A DNA stretch of 64,000 bases from Gemmatimonadaceae bacterium (GTDB lineage Bacteria; Gemmatimonadota; Gemmatimonadetes; Gemmatimonadales; Gemmatimonadaceae). This document shows, piece after piece, positions 19,321-31,220 of this stretch (its first letter is position 1; the number at the start of each line of letters is the position of its first letter). The DNA is taken from NCBI GenBank assembly GCA_031374935.1, contig JANMHB010000183.1:9820-73819 (forward strand), given 5' to 3'. The notes below the pieces were generated by a model, which searched no databases, was not told where the DNA came from, and worked only from the letters and a program-made list of their open reading frames with translations. Both the position numbers and the translations under genes were made by a program.

Positions 19321-20631
19321 CTACGGAATCGCCGGCTGCGACACCACCTTCACCCCATCACCGAAGGTCACGGCCAGCAAGAGGACCAGCTTGGTCGCCG
19401 GCAGCGCGCTCGGTGCATCGGCCCACTCGGTGAGCGTGTGCTGGTTGCCCCCCTTGGAGCGACCGATTGCGATACTGGGCACGCCACGCACGACGCCGAC
19501 GTTGCCGTCGGTGCTGCCGGTGGCGATTGCCTCGGGTGCACCAGGCAGTGCCGTCAGCCCAAGTTGGTTCTGGATGTCGATGGCGGTCTGCACCAGCGGG
19601 TGCCGACGCGCGCCCTCAAGTTGCGCGGTGGTGCCGCCCGCCTGGTTTTTCTGCTCGATTTCGACCCGAAGTCCAACCTTCTCCTTGCTGGCCGCCTCCT
19701 GCACGATGCGCCCGATCGTGCGATCGAGCGAGTCGAGCAGAATCGGATCGGGAGAGCGGAGATCGACCGTGAAATACAGCTCCTGTGGGATGCCGTTGAA
19801 TATGACGCCGCCATGCACCTGCCCCACATTGATGACCGCACCCTCCGGCAGCGCCGGAAACCGCAGGTCGTACACCCGCGACACGGCATCGGCCAGTGCC
19901 TTCACCGGTGTCGGCTTGCCGCGTGACGTGACCGTGTGCGAACCGGCACTGGTGAAGACGTATTTCGTCCAATAGATGCCCAGCGCGCCGTAGTTGATGG
20001 GGCCCAGTCCGCCATCCATCGAGATCAGCAGGTCTGGCTTGGGGTTGTGTTCGAACCAGTAGTTCATGCCGCGCAAGCCGAGCTCCTCCTGCACCGTCGC
20101 GATGAAGATGAGATCGCCCTTGGTGCGGATCCTGGCGGCGTTCAGCGCCCGGATGGTGGCGAGCATGTTCGCCACTGACGCGCTGTTGTCGAAGATGCCG
20201 GGCCCGTGCAGTGTGTCGCCTGCACGCCGGACGGTGAGTTTCGTCTCCAGCGCATGGACGATGTCCATGTGGGCCGCAAAGACGATCTTTGGACCGCCGC
20301 CGGTGCCTGCGCGCACACCGATCACGTTCCCGATCGAATCGACACTGACCCGCAGTCCCTCGGCTTCCATGGCGCGCTGCACGTAGGCGCCGCGCTGCGC
20401 TTCACTGCGGGACTTGCCTGGCATCTCCGCGATGCGAATCCACTCCTCGATGTGAGCGGGCATCCCCTGCTCCACATGCGCAATCGCGGCGCGCACGTCG
20501 GCCCGCCGGAGAATCGCCGCATCCCAGGCGGTGGGATATGCGGCCTGCGCCACCAGCGCGGTGGTCGCGAGGGCACCCTGCAGCGCGAGCAGTGCAACGC
20601 AGCGGATCGTAGCACGATGTGTCATGGGCAT
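19321..20631 (-). CDS. M20-family metallopeptidase (ArgE/DapE/CPG2-like), exported
   Basis: Track ORF trimmed to ATG at 20631 (MPMTHRATIRCVALLALQGALATTALVAQA). IVFAAHMDIVH metal-binding motif, EELGLRGM, and a dimerisation-domain-sized insert. Confidence 0.8.
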   Translation of the reverse strand: MPMTHRATIRCVALLALQGALATTALVAQAAYPTAWDAAILRRADVRAAIAHVEQGMPAHIEEWIRIAEMPGKSRSEAQRGAYVQRAMEAEGLRVSVDSIGNVIGVRAGTGGGPKIVFAAHMDIVHALETKLTVRRAGDTLHGPGIFDNSASVANMLATIRALNAARIRTKGDLIFIATVQEELGLRGMNYWFEHNPKPDLLISMDGGLGPINYGALGIYWTKYVFTSAGSHTVTSRGKPTPVKALADAVSRVYDLRFPALPEGAVINVGQVHGGVIFNGIPQELYFTVDLRSPDPILLDSLDRTIGRIVQEAASKEKVGLRVEIEQKNQAGGTTAQLEGARRHPLVQTAIDIQNQLGLTALPGAPEAIATGSTDGNVGVVRGVPSIAIGRSKGGNQHTLTEWADAPSALPATKLVLLLAVTFGDGVKVVSQPAIP

Positions 20632-20654
20632 TCGACGACGGGTGAGAGTGAAGT

Positions 20655-22355
20655 TCACTGCCGGGCTGGCGCTCGCGCGCCGCTGCATCCCGGCAGCCGA
20701 AAGGCGCCGATCCGGGTGGAATAGGCGGAGGCGCCGGCCTTCAGGTAGTCGCCGACATACCAGATCGTGCAATCATCGCGCGGATCGATCGCCGTTTGTG
20801 TGTAGTCCTCCCATCGCAGCGTGGTCAACTGCGACGCCTGACCCTCTGCCAGCACCACTTCAGCCTGTGCCAGCAGACCGGGCGGATCATTCACACGGCG
20901 ACCGGCGAACCGCTGACCGGCGAAATGCGGTGTGCCTCCGAACGAGTAGCCGATACCGATGTTGCCGAACTTGTCCATCGCCGGACTGGCCATCCAACGG
21001 TAGCTGCTGTCGGGTGCATAGGTGCCCTGCTGCATCACCCGCAGCGCGCGATCCTTGCCCGGCTGCAATTCATACCAGCGCACACCACCCTTCCCTGCCG
21101 CCGTGTTGATTGAATGGACCGCCACGATCGACTCTCGCTTGCCGCGCCGGCGATACACGACCCGTGCCATCAGCTTGTCGCCCTGTGAATCGAGTCCGCG
21201 GTCGGTGCCCGGTTGCGGAACGCAGTTCGTCAGCTGGCCTCCACAGAGGTAGCGATACGGCGCCACCGGGATGTACGCCGGGCCTTCAATGCGCGTCTTC
21301 GAGATGTCGGCCCAATCGACGTGGAAGGTCCACGCCAGCAGCACGCTGTCAGCGAGTCGGCCGCGCAGCTGAGTGCCACCGGCGGCGAGCATGATGTTCG
21401 GCGCACCGGGTGGTGGAAGCGTGGTCCCATCGAGATCGACGTTGTTGAGAAAGTTCACGTCCGCGATCACGACACACTGTTCGCTCGCCTCCTCACCCCG
21501 TAGCATGCGTGTACGATCCACCACGCAGGCATGCTTCTCGATCACGTCGTCGCCGGTACTGGTGGGCACGTAGTACCCGTCGGGCCACACCGCTGGTCGC
21601 GGATAGTCGGGAAAGAGTGGCCTGATGAACTCGTAGCGATACCAGGCGCCGGTCGGATCATCGGTGGCACTGACCGCATAGCAGATCGCATACGCACCGG
21701 AATCACGTGATGGCGGCGGCCGCGTGACGATGGACTCGCGCGCCGGCGGTGGCACAAAGAGCGGCACGGCTGGCCCGGGTTGTCCGCGGCGGTATGGGCG
21801 GCTCGCCACCGGTGGGTCGCCGGGTTTGGGCGCCTTCGGATCATCGGCGTGCCACACGCTGCGCTGAAACACCGGGATGACGATCAGCCACCGATCGGCC
21901 AGCTGGTCATAGCGCACGACGGCGTCGCCGCTATTGCGCGCCTCGCAGGCTCCACCGGCGCCGCGGAACACCGTGTTGCTCTGCACGGGGCCGTACAGCG
22001 TGGCGCCGGTGCTGTCGAACCTGGCGCCGGCGCGACTGAAGATCGCCATCCGCGTGTTCACGATCTGCACGAGGTGATCGCGTCCGACGGCCAGCGTGTT
22101 ATCCGACGGATTGCGCAGCACGGAACTTCCCTGCGGCCCCGCAAAACCCGCACCGAGTCCGTCGAACGAGGCCACCAGTACCGGCGCCGGGCCGCGGCCC
22201 ATCGTCGTCTGCTCGACAGCGGCGGCGGTGACCGGCGCGGCGAGCGTGGCCCGCGCGCAGGACGCGACGATCAGCGCACCCGTCGTGCATGACACCACCC
22301 GCGCCACACGCCATCGCGTCGCGCCCGATCTCCATCCGTCAAACGCAGGCGTCAC
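20655..22355 (-). CDS. Conserved exported hypothetical protein, beta-propeller-like with a C-terminal RWxDY motif
   Basis: 566 aa. The GTG start overlaps the upstream stop (GTGA at 22352-22355). N-terminal hydrophobic segment with a possible lipobox (IVASC). RWEDYTQTAIDPRDDCTIWYVGDY resembles the RWGDY motif of uncharacterised sialidase-like propellers. Confidence 0.7.
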   Translation of the reverse strand: MTPAFDGWRSGATRWRVARVVSCTTGALIVASCARATLAAPVTAAAVEQTTMGRGPAPVLVASFDGLGAGFAGPQGSSVLRNPSDNTLAVGRDHLVQIVNTRMAIFSRAGARFDSTGATLYGPVQSNTVFRGAGGACEARNSGDAVVRYDQLADRWLIVIPVFQRSVWHADDPKAPKPGDPPVASRPYRRGQPGPAVPLFVPPPARESIVTRPPPSRDSGAYAICYAVSATDDPTGAWYRYEFIRPLFPDYPRPAVWPDGYYVPTSTGDDVIEKHACVVDRTRMLRGEEASEQCVVIADVNFLNNVDLDGTTLPPPGAPNIMLAAGGTQLRGRLADSVLLAWTFHVDWADISKTRIEGPAYIPVAPYRYLCGGQLTNCVPQPGTDRGLDSQGDKLMARVVYRRRGKRESIVAVHSINTAAGKGGVRWYELQPGKDRALRVMQQGTYAPDSSYRWMASPAMDKFGNIGIGYSFGGTPHFAGQRFAGRRVNDPPGLLAQAEVVLAEGQASQLTTLRWEDYTQTAIDPRDDCTIWYVGDYLKAGASAYSTRIGAFRLPGCSGARAPARQ

Positions 22356-25300
22356 ATCGTGATCCCCATGCGGCCGAGGACACGCGTGACGTTGTCGAGA
22401 GCGGCCTTCAGCTCAGCAGCAAGCCGCGTCGACAACGCTTTCTGTGGTGTGGTTGGTGCGGCATTCACACCGTCCACCGTGCGCAACAGCGCCCCGACGT
22501 GATCCGAGATGCGCGGACCATCGCTGTAGAACGGAATGGTGGTTGGTTTCACCAGCACGAGGAGCAGTTCATTCACCTCAGCCAGTTCCTCGGCGAGCTT
22601 CTTCACCGCAGCGGCGCCGGATCCATCCTGAATGGCCTCGGCGGCACGCTTGCGCGCTTCCAGCTCACCCTTGCGGCTGTCGAGTGCGCGCAACGTGTCA
22701 TTCACCACCGACTGCAACTCACGCAACTGCATCGCCAGCGTGAACTGTTCGCGCAGCGCCGCCGGCGCGACCTGCACCGTAGGATCGAGCCGAACGTTCA
22801 GCGGCTGCTCCAGCTGCTGATCACCGACGAGCAATCGCACACTGTAGCGTCCGGGGAGCACCCTCGGTCCCGATGGCGGGCCGAAGAAGGTGATCGCCGG
22901 GTCATTCGGGTCGATTGGCTTCCGCAGACGCGGAGCGTCATAGGCCAGATTCCACGAGGTGGTGTTGATGCCGGCCAGCCGCGGAATGTTGTTCAGCACG
23001 CGGACCACGGTGCCGGCGCTGTCGCGCACCTCGAGCCGTACCGGGGTGGCGGAGTCTGGCCTGGTAGCGAGATGATACCGGATGATCGCGCCGTACGGCG
23101 GATTCGTCCCGCGGTAGATCGCATCGCCGAGGCTGGGTGTCTTGGTGGTCTTGGTGGCGAAGCGGGTCGCGGTGCGCATGGCGAACAGGTGTGGCTTCGG
23201 CGCTGCGGCCGCCACCGCCAGGTCCTGAATCACCGACGCGTCGTCCAGAATCCAGATGCCGCGCGCGTGGGTCGCCACGATCAGATCGTTCTCACGGCCA
23301 TGCACCAGCACTTCGTGCACCGGGACGGCGGGGAGATTACCTCCAAGGCGGAACCAGTTCATGCCACCGGTCACGCTCACGTACAGCCCCGCCTCGGTGC
23401 CGGCGTAGAGCACCCGTGGATTCTTCGGATCCTCGCGCACCACCTGCAGATAGGCGCCGTCAGGAATGTTGCCGGAGATGTTCGCCCAGGTGGCGCCACA
23501 GTCGGTGGTCTTGAAGACGTACGGTGCATAGTCATCCATGAAGTGCCGCTCGAACGTTGCGTATGCGGTACACGCCGCCGCTCGTGACGCTTCGATGTGC
23601 GACACCACGGCTTCGGGCCCCACGCCCGGCACATTGCGATCGACGCGAGTCCAGGTCTTTCCGTCATCACGCGTCACCTGCAGGTTGCCGTCATCCGCTC
23701 CCGCCCAGATCAGCCCGCGCTGGACCGGCGACTCAGCGACGCTGTACAGCGAGTTGTAGTACTCGGCGGTGGTCGCCTCCTTCAGCACCGGGCCGCCCGC
23801 GAATCCCTGCCGCGTCGAGTCGTTCTTCGTCAGGTCTGGCGAGATGATGTCCCAGGTGCTGCCGAAATCCTTCGAGCGGAAGAGCACCTGCGCGCCGAAG
23901 TACAACACCTTCCCGTCGTGCGGCGATGCCACCATCGGCGCATTCCAGTTGAATCGATATTGCAGGCCGTTCACCGGGCCACCGTCGTTCCGCCGCGGCT
24001 GTGGTGAAATGTCCTGCTGCTCGAGCGTCTTCATGTCGGTGCGGTAGATCCAGCCGCCCTGCGACTCCGACACGATCAGATCGGGGTTCTCCGGATGCGA
24101 CGTCTGGTAATAGCCATCACCGTAGCTCACCAGCCGCCAGTCGTCGGTGAGAATGCCCTGCGGCTCGCGGGTGCGGCTGGGGCCGAGCCAGTTGCCATTG
24201 TCCTGCAGGCCGCCGCCGAGGAAGTAGAACGGCTCGCGATTGTCGGCGTGCACCTGATAGAACTGCGACAGGGCAAATGATTGTGGAAACCGCCAGGTGG
24301 CACCCATGTCCTGCGTGACGGCGATGCCGCCGTCGTTTGCCTGCCACATCCGCTTCGGGTCGCGCGGATCGATCCAGAGGCTGTGATGATCGCCGTGAAT
24401 CGTGCGCGAGAAAGGGGTGAACGTTTTCCCGCCGTCGATCGAGAAGGAGAACTGGCAGGCGATCGAATAGAGCCGCTCGGCGTTGGTGGGATCGACGCGC
24501 AGATCTGCGTAGTAGAATCCGCGACAGAGGGTGGCGGCGTTGTTGCTGCTCATTCGCCAGGTGCCGCCGAAGTCGTCGCTGCGCCAGACGTACCCCTCGC
24601 GCGCTTCGGCAATGGCGTACACCGTGTTCGGGCTCGAGGCCGCGACCTTGATACCAACGCGGCCGAGCAGGGTCGGCAGGCCGCCCTTCAACTTGTTCCA
24701 GCTCCGACCACCGTCCACCGACTTGAAGATCCCACTCTGTTCCGAGCCACTGGTGAACGTCCACTGCTTGCGGTCGAAGTGCCACATCGTGGCGTAGACG
24801 ATGTTCGGATTGTTCGGATCGATATCCATGTCACCGCAGCCGTGGCGATCGTCGACGAACAGCGACTTCGTCCAGGACTCACCGCCGTCTCGCGTGACGA
24901 ACACACCGCGTTCGGCGTTCGGACCACCGATGTGCCCCACGGCACAGACGTAGACGGTGCGCGGATCCGCGGGGCTCACCATTACCCGCGCGATATGCCG
25001 CGTGTCACCAAGACCGAGGTAGCGCCAGCTCGCACCGCCGTCGGTGGACTTGTACACGCCACGCCCGAAGGACACCGAGTTCCGGACGTTCGCCTCACCT
25101 GTGCCGGCGTAGATGACCTCGGAGTTCCCGGGCTCCAGCGCCATGTCGCCGATGGAAAGTGTCGCCTGCGATTCGAAGAGGGGTTTCCACGTCGTGCCGC
25201 CATTGGTCGTCTTCCAGATTCCGCTGGATGCCGTGCCGACGTACACAACGTTCGGATCGCCCGGTACGCCTTCGACGTCGGTGGCCCGTCCCATCATGTT

Positions 25301-25504
25301 CGCCGGCCCGATCCCGCGAAACACCAGCCTCGACAGCACGCTGGTATCCACCGATGCTGGCGGGCTCGAGGCCGCACTGCGGCGCGGCTGGGCGGTGAGT
25401 TGTCCGCTCGCGGCAAGCAGCAGCACGCCTGCGGCCACGGAGCGGCAGGCACCACGAGCGCCGCTGGATCGCGTCAGAGACAAACCAAACGTTGATTCGG
25501 CCAT
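22352..25504 (-). CDS. Sortilin/VPS10-like BNR (Asp-box) repeat protein, exported (paralog 1)
   Basis: Track ORF trimmed to ATG at 25504 (MAESTFGLSLTRSS...VAAGVLLLAASGQLTAQP). Repeated Asp-boxes: KTTNGGTTW, KSTDGGASW, VTRDGGESW, KSVDGGRSW, SIDGGKTF, RSKDFGSTW, VTRDDGKTW. Confidence 0.85.
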   Translation of the reverse strand: MAESTFGLSLTRSSGARGACRSVAAGVLLLAASGQLTAQPRRSAASSPPASVDTSVLSRLVFRGIGPANMMGRATDVEGVPGDPNVVYVGTASSGIWKTTNGGTTWKPLFESQATLSIGDMALEPGNSEVIYAGTGEANVRNSVSFGRGVYKSTDGGASWRYLGLGDTRHIARVMVSPADPRTVYVCAVGHIGGPNAERGVFVTRDGGESWTKSLFVDDRHGCGDMDIDPNNPNIVYATMWHFDRKQWTFTSGSEQSGIFKSVDGGRSWNKLKGGLPTLLGRVGIKVAASSPNTVYAIAEAREGYVWRSDDFGGTWRMSSNNAATLCRGFYYADLRVDPTNAERLYSIACQFSFSIDGGKTFTPFSRTIHGDHHSLWIDPRDPKRMWQANDGGIAVTQDMGATWRFPQSFALSQFYQVHADNREPFYFLGGGLQDNGNWLGPSRTREPQGILTDDWRLVSYGDGYYQTSHPENPDLIVSESQGGWIYRTDMKTLEQQDISPQPRRNDGGPVNGLQYRFNWNAPMVASPHDGKVLYFGAQVLFRSKDFGSTWDIISPDLTKNDSTRQGFAGGPVLKEATTAEYYNSLYSVAESPVQRGLIWAGADDGNLQVTRDDGKTWTRVDRNVPGVGPEAVVSHIEASRAAACTAYATFERHFMDDYAPYVFKTTDCGATWANISGNIPDGAYLQVVREDPKNPRVLYAGTEAGLYVSVTGGMNWFRLGGNLPAVPVHEVLVHGRENDLIVATHARGIWILDDASVIQDLAVAAAAPKPHLFAMRTATRFATKTTKTPSLGDAIYRGTNPPYGAIIRYHLATRPDSATPVRLEVRDSAGTVVRVLNNIPRLAGINTTSWNLAYDAPRLRKPIDPNDPAITFFGPPSGPRVLPGRYSVRLLVGDQQLEQPLNVRLDPTVQVAPAALREQFTLAMQLRELQSVVNDTLRALDSRKGELEARKRAAEAIQDGSGAAAVKKLAEELAEVNELLLVLVKPTTIPFYSDGPRISDHVGALLRTVDGVNAAPTTPQKALSTRLAAELKAALDNVTRVLGRMGITM

Positions 25505-25704
25505 GCGAGTGTTTCCGAGGAGGATGAGTCCGACAGGGGTGCCGTCAAATTGAGACCCGGCGCGCGAGCATGCCAGTGCATGTGCGACCCTGCGGGCACG
25601 AGGCGACGGTCCATTCCCACTGGGCTCATTGACGAGGCGTGTACCAGGCGGCAATGTCAGCCGTAACACACGATGGATCGGCGTCACCCGACAGGAGGCA
25701 TCTG

Positions 25705-26184
25705 ATGAACTGTACCGCGCGCTCAGCCCTGGCTGGCCTGCTCGTTCTTCTTTCCGCAGCACCACTTGCCGCGCAGGCGACGAGTACCCTCGACCGGCCG
25801 CATTTCATTCGTGTGATCGCGAAGGACTATGTGTTCGACGCCCCTGCCACGGTCGAGTCGGGGATCGCGACGATCCACCTCGTCAATCAGGGCGTGGACA
25901 TCCACCACGTCACCCTCCAGGAACTACCAGGCACCAGGACGCCGAAGGAATTCTTCGACGCCACCCGGAACACCGGACGCGCTCCTTCGTGGAGCCGCAC
26001 AGTGGCCCAGACTGCCGTCGTGCCTGCGGGCGGCGAAGCATTCATCGCGTTCCGCATGCCCCCCGGTCGATACATCCTCTCCTGCCTGCTGCCGGCCTCC
26101 GACGGACGCTCGCATACGGCAAAGGGGATGTATCAGCTGATCACCGCAACGGTCGCGACGCAGACACCGGCTGCGCGACGGTAG
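25705..26184 (+). CDS. Small exported cupredoxin-like protein (tentative)
   Basis: Track ORF trimmed to ATG at 25705, preceded by AGGAGG at 25693-25698. Signal peptide MNCTARSALAGLLVLLSAAPLAAQA. Beta-rich body with HH...SCLLPASDGRSHTAKGM, a C/H/M arrangement reminiscent of type-1 copper sites. Confidence 0.55.
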   Translation: MNCTARSALAGLLVLLSAAPLAAQATSTLDRPHFIRVIAKDYVFDAPATVESGIATIHLVNQGVDIHHVTLQELPGTRTPKEFFDATRNTGRAPSWSRTVAQTAVVPAGGEAFIAFRMPPGRYILSCLLPASDGRSHTAKGMYQLITATVATQTPAARR

Positions 26185-26220
26185 TGCACCTGCGTCGACC
26201 CCCCAACGATCGCAGCGCGC

Positions 26221-27117
26221 TCAATTCGTTCTGAGCGCCGCTGCAATCGCGAGGGCCTCCCTCGTGACCCCGACGTCATGGGTGCGCACGATGCGTGCGC
26301 CACGCGCCACTGCCAGCGCATGCGCCACCGCACTGCCCACCGCGCGCTCTGCGGGGACGACCACGCCGGTGAGTTCTCCGATGAATCGCTTGCGTGACGC
26401 CCCGACCAGCACCGGATAGCCCAGCGACACCAGCCGCTGCAGCTCCCGCAGCATCGTCAGCGAATGCGCCGACGTCTTCGAGAAGCCCAGCCCGGGATCG
26501 AGCACCAACGCATCGGCGGTGATCCCGGCGGCGCACGCGTGCTCGGCCTGCGCCGACAACACGGCGCACACCTCCTGCATCACGTCGTCTTCGGCGTACT
26601 CGGCCAGCGCAACCGACGCCATCTCAGCGACAGATCCGCGCGAGTGCATCAGCACCATGCCGCCGCGGGCGGCCGCTACCACGCCGAACATCGCGGCATC
26701 GAGCCGGCCGGCCGACACATCGTTCACCGCATGTGCTCCGCCGTCGAGTGCGCGTCGTGCGACCTCGGCCTTCACCGTATCGATGGTGATGAGCAGCGCC
26801 GGCAGCCGCTCGCGCACGGCTTCGATCACCGGCATCACCCGGGCCAGTTCGACATCGGCCGGCACCGGCGTCGCCCCCGGTCGGGTGGACTCACCCCCGA
26901 TGTCCAGCAGCACCGCACCGTCGCGCCAGGCCGCTTCGGCAAAGCGGAGCGCAGAGGTCACCGACGAGTGAATCCCACCGTCGCTGAAGGAATCCGGCGT
27001 CACATTGCAGATCGCCATGATCCGTGGCACCGACAGATCGAGATACGCGTCACGCAAACGCCACCGCGCCGGGACTGCGGCGGGTGGCGCTTTCACTGCG
27101 TTGTCAGCTTTACGCAC
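26221..27117 (-). CDS. folP: Dihydropteroate synthase
   Basis: 298 aa. IMAICNVTPDSFSDGG, LLDIGGESTRPGA, DTVKAEVA, NDVSAG, DPGLGFSKT, GASRKRF. Confidence 0.9.
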   Translation of the reverse strand: MRKADNAVKAPPAAVPARWRLRDAYLDLSVPRIMAICNVTPDSFSDGGIHSSVTSALRFAEAAWRDGAVLLDIGGESTRPGATPVPADVELARVMPVIEAVRERLPALLITIDTVKAEVARRALDGGAHAVNDVSAGRLDAAMFGVVAAARGGMVLMHSRGSVAEMASVALAEYAEDDVMQEVCAVLSAQAEHACAAGITADALVLDPGLGFSKTSAHSLTMLRELQRLVSLGYPVLVGASRKRFIGELTGVVVPAERAVGSAVAHALAVARGARIVRTHDVGVTREALAIAAALRTN

Positions 27118-27147
27118 GTCAGTGCGCGGAACGTCGTCAGGTCAGCA

Positions 27148-29150
<2,003 letters not shown>

Positions 29151-29151
<1 letters not shown>

Positions 29152-29708
29152 TACAGCAGACTCGCAATGTAGGGAACGTGACGGAAGCGCTCGGCGTGAT
29201 CCAGACCGTATCCGACCAGGAACTCGTGTGGCGCATCAAAACCAACGAACCGCACCGGGTGTGACAACTCGGTCGCGATGTGCTTGTGCAGCAACGCACA
29301 GATCTCGAGCGACGCCGGTTTCCGCTCACTCAGCAACTTGACGAGACGCTCCAGCGTGCGCCCCGAGTCCACGATATCCTCGACCAGCAGAATGTGCTTC
29401 CCTTCCAGCGTCGTCTCCGGGTCGTACAACAGCCGCACCACGCCGCTCGAGATCGTGGCGTCGCCGTAGCTCGAGGCAACCAGAAAATCGACCGCCAGCG
29501 GTCGGTGCACCTCACGCACCAGATCACTCACGAAGATGAAGCTGCCCTTCAACAACCCTAGCACAAGGAGATCGCCATCCGGATAGGCGGCGGTGATCTG
29601 CTCACCGAGATCCTTGCACTTCGCCGCCAGTGCGGCCTCATCGAACACCACGCGCTTCACTGCGCGTCCTTCCAATCGTGGATCTGCCGTGGACACGTCG
29701 CTCACCAC
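29151..29708 (-). CDS. hpt: Hypoxanthine phosphoribosyltransferase
   Basis: 185 aa. PRPP-binding loop [15 protein letters not shown]. The TAA stop overlaps the ftsH ATG by 1 nt. The true start may be the internal GTG at 29660 ([11 protein letters not shown]). Confidence 0.9.
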
Positions 29709-29850
29709 TCCAGTCGTCTCCCGATGACACCAGGGCCATCGTGTTGCGCGTCGTTACGGCACTCCCCTCGTACCCAGACGATCACATCGCTGATTCCGCG
29801 ACATCCGGCCGCGCTCACCCGCGGTGTACCGGCGTCGTACTTCGAGTAAC

Positions 29851-30858
29851 CTAAGGCGCGACCGATCGCGGTGTGGGACCGGCCGTTTGGGGGGGCGTGG
29901 CCGCGACCAGCCGGCGGCGATCTCCAGCCGGATCAAGCCTCCAACCGTCGCGACCGCTCTGAACGACAGCCCCACCAGACAGCGGCATCCGCAATCCCCC
30001 TGCGCCCTTCGTTGTAAACGCTGCGAGCCGGGCAGTTCCTCGTCGATCCAACACCACGCGCACCCGCCCCGCGACCTCCGGCCAGAACAGCGCCGCTTCC
30101 TCCGCACTCGGCAACCGGTCACGTTCCCGGGGCACGATGATAGAACCATCGGCCTGCCCGATGGGTGCCCAGAGTCTGTCCGTCGCCTGGGCAACGTCCG
30201 CGCGCCAACCCCCGGCAGCCCGGCCCAGTTCCAGCAGCCACCGCCGGAACCCTGGGGTGGCCCGCTCGAGCAGTGGCAAGAGCTCGAGCCGGACACGGTT
30301 GCGGAGGTGCCGACGATCCTGGTTCGACGGATCGTCCATATACGGGACGCCGCGGTCCATGACGAATGCCCGAACCCGCTCGCGCGGCACGTCCAGCAAC
30401 GGTCGCAACAGCGGTCCGGGCGCGAGCAGACCGGCGAGCCCTCTGACGCCAGACTGCCGCAGCAGCCGCATGAAGACGGTCTCGGCCTGATCGTCCTCGG
30501 TGTGCGCCGTCGCGATCGACACACCGTAACCAGCCGCCACGCCGTTCAGGAACTCCCACCGCGCCTGCCGCCAGGCAGACTCGCGGCGTGGAAGCCCTGC
30601 ACCGCGTCCGACGTGCAGCCGGATTCCGTGCTCAGACGCCCACTCGCGCACCAGCGCCACCGCCTCCCTGGCCGCAGTCCCCGTCCCATGATCGAAGGTG
30701 GCGATCGCCACCAGCGACTCCGGATGCTGCTCGAACCAGACCGACGCCAGCGCCATCGAGTCGGCCCCGCCGGACACCGCGAGCACAGCCGGTCGCGCAA
30801 AGGGTGCAAGCGGCGCGAGCAGCCCCCTCTCGCGTGGCCGCCCAGCGGGCATTAGCAT
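29851..30858 (-). CDS. tilS: tRNA(Ile)-lysidine synthase
   Basis: 335 aa. PP-loop VLAVSGGADSMAL. Sits in the conserved tilS-hpt-ftsH-folP arrangement. Confidence 0.85.
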   Translation of the reverse strand: MLMPAGRPRERGLLAPLAPFARPAVLAVSGGADSMALASVWFEQHPESLVAIATFDHGTGTAAREAVALVREWASEHGIRLHVGRGAGLPRRESAWRQARWEFLNGVAAGYGVSIATAHTEDDQAETVFMRLLRQSGVRGLAGLLAPGPLLRPLLDVPRERVRAFVMDRGVPYMDDPSNQDRRHLRNRVRLELLPLLERATPGFRRWLLELGRAAGGWRADVAQATDRLWAPIGQADGSIIVPRERDRLPSAEEAALFWPEVAGRVRVVLDRRGTARLAAFTTKGAGGLRMPLSGGAVVQSGRDGWRLDPAGDRRRLVAATPPQTAGPTPRSVAP

Positions 30859-30888
30859 TCCACGCTGACCCTCAACGGTGGAGTTGGC

Positions 30889-31062
30889 GTGGAAACGAAT
30901 GGCATTCTTGGCACTCTGTGGATGGGAATCGGCCTTGGCGCCTACTTCCTGGCGCTGACCTGGATCAACGTGCTGCTCGGGTCGTTCCTGTCGCCGCTCT
31001 TCATCGTGCCGATGACCTGGCTGCAGGACAAGATCGTCGCCAAGCCGAACCAGCGCAGCTGA
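30889..31062 (+). CDS. Unlisted small (57 aa) two-TM membrane protein, candidate
   Basis: Below the 60-aa track cutoff. GTG at 30889 preceded by GGTGGAG (30877-30883). Translation: VETNGILGTLWMGIGLGAYFLALTWINVLLGSFLSPLFIVPMTWLQDKIVAKPNQRS. High third-position GC and two clear hydrophobic helices. Confidence 0.4.
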   Translation: METNGILGTLWMGIGLGAYFLALTWINVLLGSFLSPLFIVPMTWLQDKIVAKPNQRS

Positions 31063-31163
31063 ACTGCCGTCATACGTGCGCGGAAGCCCAGTGATCCACG
31101 CTCCCGACGGTTCACGACTCTGACGCCTGACTGATTCACCGCGACCACTGCGGCGAGAGTGAC

Positions 31164-31197
31164 AGCAGGGCGCTCCTCTGGTGAGGGGCGCTCTGCT
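31164..31197. terminator. Imperfect hairpin between the small ORF (+) and amtB (-)
   Basis: AGCAGGGCGCTCC-tctggtga-GGGGCGCTCTGCT (11 of 13 positions paired), followed by CGTTTC on the + strand. Confidence 0.3.
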
Positions 31198-31220
31198 CGT
31201 TTCATCCGACGCTGCGCCGG

